A stretch of DNA of 64,000 nucleotides. Origin: Thermoanaerobaculia bacterium (GTDB lineage Bacteria > Acidobacteriota > Thermoanaerobaculia > Multivoradales > UBA5704). The first letter of the stretch is position 1. Each line of letters starts with the position of its first letter. The notes under the pieces were generated by a model that was not told the origin of the DNA, made no database searches, and worked only from the letters and a program-made list of their open reading frames with translations. The DNA is taken from contig DATFNZ010000183.1 in NCBI GenBank assembly GCA_035266085.1, positions 68,707 to 132,706 of the forward strand. The letters run 5' to 3'. Positions 60,901 through 64,000 of this stretch are shown one piece after another. The position numbers and the translations under genes are program-made.

Positions 60901-63266
60901 GGCACCAGGTTGGCGTACCAGTACTCGATGCACTGGCCGCTGTTGGCGCGGAAGAAGAACGGCTCCGGCGGCTTGCCGCCGGAGCCGGGCGTCAGCAGGG
61001 CGCCGACGTCCTGCCACAGGGCGATCATGCGGGTCTGCGGGAAGTGCCAGCCGGCCTTGTTGAATTTGACGTCGAGCTGGATGTCCGCCGCCTTGTAGTA
61101 GCGCATGTCGGTGATCGCGTTGCCGGCGTCGTCATAGCAGGGGTCCGCGAACGGCGCTCCCGGCTTGGCCGGGTGGCCGTTCACCTTGAAGCCACCCGCC
61201 ACGCCGAGCGGGGTGATGGTGTTGATGACGCCCCCGGGGGTGGCGTGGAAGTTCATCGCCACCTGCTCGACCGGCTCGCCGTTCTCGGCTAGCCACTTGA
61301 CCTGCGCCGTCGTGAACTTCTTCTCGAAGTTGAAGCGGGTCTCGGAGCTCGTCCCCGTGCCGGCGACCAGGATGTGGCGCGGCAGGCCGCCGTCAAGCTG
61401 CACGGCGCCGATCTTGGCGAAGTCCATGGGCGGATGGGGCGGCCGGTGGCCGGCCTTGCCGGGAACGAAGAAGGGATACCCGGGATTCGCGGTCACCGGG
61501 TTCGGCAGCACCACCTGGCCGCCCGCGATCTGCACCGCGCCCGGCACCGGCGCCATCGGCAGCGTGGGGATGGGAACGAGCGCCGGGATGGGGGTGCCCT
61601 TCAGGATCTCGTAGTCGGGATAGGCCCGCGAGCCCGCGGCCGGACGGCCGGTGGCGTCGAGCCGGGTGCCCAGCTCGAGCACGTCGTGCACCCGCCAGAG
61701 GCTCCACATGCCCTGAGCGAAGTGGGGATAGAAGTGGCAGTGGAAGATCGAGTCGCCCACCGTCTTGTTGCGGTTGCCGCTGCCGTCGTAGGCGATCTCG
61801 TAGGTGTAGCCAGCGCCCTGGCCGATCGACTGGCTGTCGCGGTACGACGACAGGTCGCTCTGGGGCGAGTGCAGCCACTGGTGGGCGTGGAGATGGAAGA
61901 TGTGGTGGTCGTCGCTGCCGGCGTGAGTGTTCCGGAACTTCACGTGGTCCGACAGGTAACTGTGATAGACGTTCGAGGGGTCGTCCGGATAGAAGGCCTT
62001 GGTGGCCTTGGCGACGTTCTTCGTGTAGCAGCTCGTGTCGCCGGCCTCGATCTGGGACTTGGTGCACGGGGCGTTCGCCGGCGTGTCCACCACCATGGAG
62101 GGGTCGCCGAGCGCCCACGAGCTCAGGAAGAACTCCTCGTACATGCACTCCGTGCAGTCGCGGGCCGGACCGACGCCGACCCGGTTGGCCAGGATCTCGG
62201 CGCCGGCGCCGCCGGTGCCGTAGTTGATGGCGAAGGCGTCGCGCACGCTTTGCAGGGTGTGGGAGAGCTGGTCGGTCTCGAACTCGGGGAACGCCTGCAC
62301 CGCTCCGACCTCGTCGTGGAAGATGATCGAAAACTCGCGGAACGGCTGGCTGCGGTTCGGATAAGTAGGAGTGGTGCCGGGATTGCTGGTCACCGCATAG
62401 CTGGGCGGCGGTCCCGCGATGATCGCCGTCAGATCGGAGTGCACGATCTCGTTGCCCCTGGTCATCCGCAGGATCGGCAGTCCCGCGTAGCGGTGCCCCG
62501 CGGGATAAACCTTTTCATAGTCGATGCGCGGGAAGCTGTCGACCGCGGAGTTGTGGACGTCGGTGCGGGCGAGGTCCAGATCGTCGCGGGTGACCTGGCT
62601 GCGGTACCACACCGAGCCCGCGGGCTCGACGTTGACGGCGCCGAAGAGGCCCGACGAGATGCTCCCCGAGTCGCCCTCGCCGCCGGTCATGGCGGCGGCG
62701 CTGTAGAAGACGTAGGTCCCCTCCTTGGGCGCGTAGACCCGGTATTCGACGGTGCTGCCGGGGGTCACGATGCCGCCGGCCGGGTTGCTGCCGACGTTGG
62801 ACCCCATGTCCTTGATGGCCGTGACGGGCTCCAGCCCGACGAAGTGGATGGAAGCGGCGCGGGTGGCCGGCTGCTCGTCGTCCCGCACCGTCGTGGCGAG
62901 CAGGTTGGTGAGCTTGACGCGCAGGCAGCCGCCGGCGTTGACGCGCAGCACCAGGGGCCGCGGGCGCTTGTCGCGGCGCAGCGTCACGTTGCCGGCCGTG
63001 AGCGCGTAGGTCACGCCCGGATCGGGCAGGCCGTCGGCATCGCTGGTGGGCACCACGTCGCGCCGGAGCGCGTACATCATGCCCTGCGGCTCGAGGGCCC
63101 CGAACCGGTTCCACGCCCAGGGCTGGTCGAGCGCCACGACGTCGGCGTAGGTCTCGGTGGCGCAGCCCGCGGGGATCGTCTGAGCCTGTGCGGATGGCGG
63201 CAGGCCAAGAAGGATCAGGCCTGCGATGACAAGCAGGAAACCGCTTTTCAAGAAGTGTCGGAGCAT
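57984..63266 (-). CDS. Giant secreted multicopper oxidase-family protein (1760 aa)
   Basis: ATG 63266 (the track starts one TTG codon earlier) with GAGGAGGAAGG RBS and a signal peptide. Canonical motif FHCHFYPHFAQGMW (HCH-x3-H-x3-GM), preceded by HIFHLHAHQW. Further His-rich copper-site-like motifs HIHLVKFD, THDHFGPSTHQQSGLY, HNFTVHGLKW and HVFELYGHPW. Confidence 0.85.
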   Translation of the reverse strand: MLRHFLKSGFLLVIAGLILLGLPPSAQAQTIPAGCATETYADVVALDQPWAWNRFGALEPQGMMYALRRDVVPTSDADGLPDPGVTYALTAGNVTLRRDKRPRPLVLRVNAGGCLRVKLTNLLATTVRDDEQPATRAASIHFVGLEPVTAIKDMGSNVGSNPAGGIVTPGSTVEYRVYAPKEGTYVFYSAAAMTGGEGDSGSISSGLFGAVNVEPAGSVWYRSQVTRDDLDLARTDVHNSAVDSFPRIDYEKVYPAGHRYAGLPILRMTRGNEIVHSDLTAIIAGPPPSYAVTSNPGTTPTYPNRSQPFREFSIIFHDEVGAVQAFPEFETDQLSHTLQSVRDAFAINYGTGGAGAEILANRVGVGPARDCTECMYEEFFLSSWALGDPSMVVDTPANAPCTKSQIEAGDTSCYTKNVAKATKAFYPDDPSNVYHSYLSDHVKFRNTHAGSDDHHIFHLHAHQWLHSPQSDLSSYRDSQSIGQGAGYTYEIAYDGSGNRNKTVGDSIFHCHFYPHFAQGMWSLWRVHDVLELGTRLDATGRPAAGSRAYPDYEILKGTPIPALVPIPTLPMAPVPGAVQIAGGQVVLPNPVTANPGYPFFVPGKAGHRPPHPPMDFAKIGAVQLDGGLPRHILVAGTGTSSETRFNFEKKFTTAQVKWLAENGEPVEQVAMNFHATPGGVINTITPLGVAGGFKVNGHPAKPGAPFADPCYDDAGNAITDMRYYKAADIQLDVKFNKAGWHFPQTRMIALWQDVGALLTPGSGGKPPEPFFFRANSGQCIEYWYANLVPNKYTVDDFQVRTPTDILGQHIHLVKFDVLASDGGGNGWNYEDGSFAGEEVQERIKAIRAFNGCDAPGAPAALTSDLTKCPVAKPHPFFSGTRDADCDNHDEFLGAQTTVQRWWADPITTLSNGQRTLRTVFTHDHFGPSTHQQSGLYAGLIVEPPGSTWFHNETGVQLSTNGGPALNQDGGPTSWQAVVHSNSRAENYREFMIEFADFQPMYEPGGPLCPNIDPEIGFIDTLRAVNPPAKEEAGLPELYEKAQYCPGADGEPNFSLPAPCPEAVSAADIGLMAVNYRNEPIGLRVNVPGTSQQANGRKGDLSFAYQSRTDRADADFNSQPPFYAPLTVGLYPGDPYTPLLRAYEGDKVMIRTLVGAHEEPHNFTVHGLKWLFEPDDPNSGYRNSQMMGISEWFDIEIPRVPSLIDGRFADFLYKPSAAVESQWTGAWGILRIYRNDGVTPAHSRFSLLPLATYNPRARSSTPDELFQQITVEQAREEGVPGADVTPGTAVPTDEEATPVTGTGTLTPTASFQQAGTAEDRSPRPVDPAPGGVIRVACPTDRIYRPYDIAAVSALEVLQNDPNPIGLIYNPRGGIAGALYDPTAIMFVYTSDLNFVGGRPRLKQNVRREPLIMRAWAGECIKVTLRNYLPGNYADADGYSGVNMILEDFNQNDVRPSMEVSLHPQLVFFDVQRSDGSNVGLNPSQFGPQTVKPNDKITYYWYAGDVTGTTVTPIEFGATGLTSADPIKHSNKGLMGSLIVEPATAQWALDLDEDAKITRASAVISSTNGSFKAFHEFALIFQDDVNLQYEKGGVPVRNLAIDDDPENSGQKAINYRTEPLWNRGGWAPETPLEITRTFPSFDQLLHNNQVGGDPETPVFVASRGEAIRFRVVHPAGHTQSHVFELYGHPWLELPYIASSTRIGLNPKSEWMGTRGGHGPSDHFDVYIPDGPGGKFSIGGDYFYRSYSGPRLDAGIWGLLRVP

Positions 63267-63349
63267 CAACCTTCCTCCTCATTGGATGAACGAATCACCG
63301 TCGCAGGAGTAGGTTAGAGAAGCCAATATTACACAGACATTACAGGTCC

Positions 63350-63383
63350 AAAAAAAGAGCGGCCGGGGAGTGCCCGGCCGCTC
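63350..63383 (-). terminator. Rho-independent terminator of the upstream multicopper oxidase paralog
   Basis: GAGCGGCCGGG-GAGTG-CCCGGCCGCTC, followed on the minus strand by TTTTTTT. Confidence 0.75.
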
Positions 63384-63418
63384 GGAGGATTGGATCGAAG
63401 GCAAGGAGATTCAGCGGC

Positions 63419-64000
63419 TCAGGGCAGGACCCTCAGCAGTCCCCAGATGCCGGCGTCCGTGCGCGGCCCGGAGTAGGACCGGAAGAAGTAGTCGCCCGTG
63501 ACGCCGAACCTGCCGCCCGCGCCGTCCAGGATCAGCGCGTCGAAGTGGTCGGAGGGGCCGACGCCGCCGCGGGTGCCGATCCATCCCGAATTCGGGTTGT
63601 CGCCGATCTGGGTGGAGTTGGCCGCGTACGGCATCTCCAGCCAGGGATGGCCGTACAGCTCGAAGACGTGCGACTGCGTGTGGCCCGACGGGTGCACCAC
63701 GCGGAAGCGGAGTTTCTCTCCCGCTTGGACCTCGAAGACCGGAGTCTCTGGGTCGCCGCCCACCCAACTGTTGTGGAGCAACTGGTCGAATTGTGTGAAC
63801 TGGCGGGTCCGGAAGCCCGGGCCGTTGCCGGTGAGGGGCGTCTCCGGGCCCCAGCCGCCGCGGTACCAGAGCGGCTCGGTGCGGTAGTTGATCGCCTTCT
63901 GACCGGAGTTCTCCGCGTCGTCGTCGATCATCAGGTTGGGTACCGCCGTGCCGCCGGCGTAGTCCAGGTTGACGTCGTCCTGGATGACGAGGGCGAACTC
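63419..64000 (-). CDS. Second multicopper oxidase paralog, C-terminal part only (gene continues beyond the window end)
   Basis: The frame stays open to position 64000. The C-terminal 170 aa align with the C-terminus of the 1760-aa protein (NSGQKAINYRTEPLW, GGDPETPVF, RFRVVHP.GHTQSHVFELYGHPWLE.PY, GPSDHFD, DAGIWGLLRV), with one 6-aa indel. Confidence 0.8.
   Translation of the reverse strand, partial: EFALVIQDDVNLDYAGGTAVPNLMIDDDAENSGQKAINYRTEPLWYRGGWGPETPLTGNGPGFRTRQFTQFDQLLHNSWVGGDPETPVFEVQAGEKLRFRVVHPSGHTQSHVFELYGHPWLEMPYAANSTQIGDNPNSGWIGTRGGVGPSDHFDALILDGAGGRFGVTGDYFFRSYSGPRTDAGIWGLLRVLP

Noticed and set aside
1-64000. Search for transposase, integrase, reverse transcriptase, cas, rRNA and tRNA genes that could explain the repeat families or islets
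   Set aside because: None was recognisable in any track ORF or by eye (no DDE, tyrosine-recombinase or RT motifs, and no tRNA cloverleaf). The hairpin elements are therefore reported as repeats, and mobility is left unproven.

Overview
The window is very GC-rich bacterial chromosomal DNA. Protein content (tricorn protease, DUF4252/ECF modules, TPR-CHAT, giant multicopper oxidases) suggests an Acidobacteriota-like genome, but this is a low-confidence inference. I support about 50 protein-coding genes. Most long ORFs in the track are antisense or off-frame shadows of real genes, which is typical at this GC content. By eye I found no rRNA, tRNA, CRISPR array, transposase or integrase. Ordinary content: a BNR/Asp-box protein, a GH13 amylase, an SDR, a class A PBP, a DUF72 protein, two OmpR/NarL-type two-component systems, a hybrid kinase plus a REC-PAS-GGDEF-EAL protein, an FAD monooxygenase, an MBL hydrolase, an ICMT-family methyltransferase and a tricorn protease. 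Accessory or unusual content: (1) two tandem Tat-exported vanadium-haloperoxidase-like paralogs; (2) two tandem giant multicopper-oxidase paralogs, one of 1760 aa and one truncated by the window end; (3) a membrane-anchored TPR-CHAT protease gene bracketed by two ECF sigma/anti-sigma modules, with a parDE-like TA pair wedged in; (4) a loose defence-like stretch with a NYN-LOTUS protein, a zinc-ribbon protein, an HD protein, an MmeI-family single-chain RM enzyme, an internal-SEC-C acidic protein and two Uma2 nuclease paralogs bracketing a hydrolase/RR/HK operon; (5) a hicBA cassette flanked by a diverged duplication of the tricorn promoter and 5' end; (6) a low-GC islet with vapC and DUF4365 gene fragments. 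Intergenic DNA is dense with structured repeats. There are three tandem arrays (20 bp x7, 21 bp x12, and a 42/168-bp palindrome lattice), a 12-bp x4 array abutting a start codon, and at least four families of long hairpin elements. No complete, clearly novel multi-gene system can be proven from sequence alone. The best candidates are flagged in the findings.
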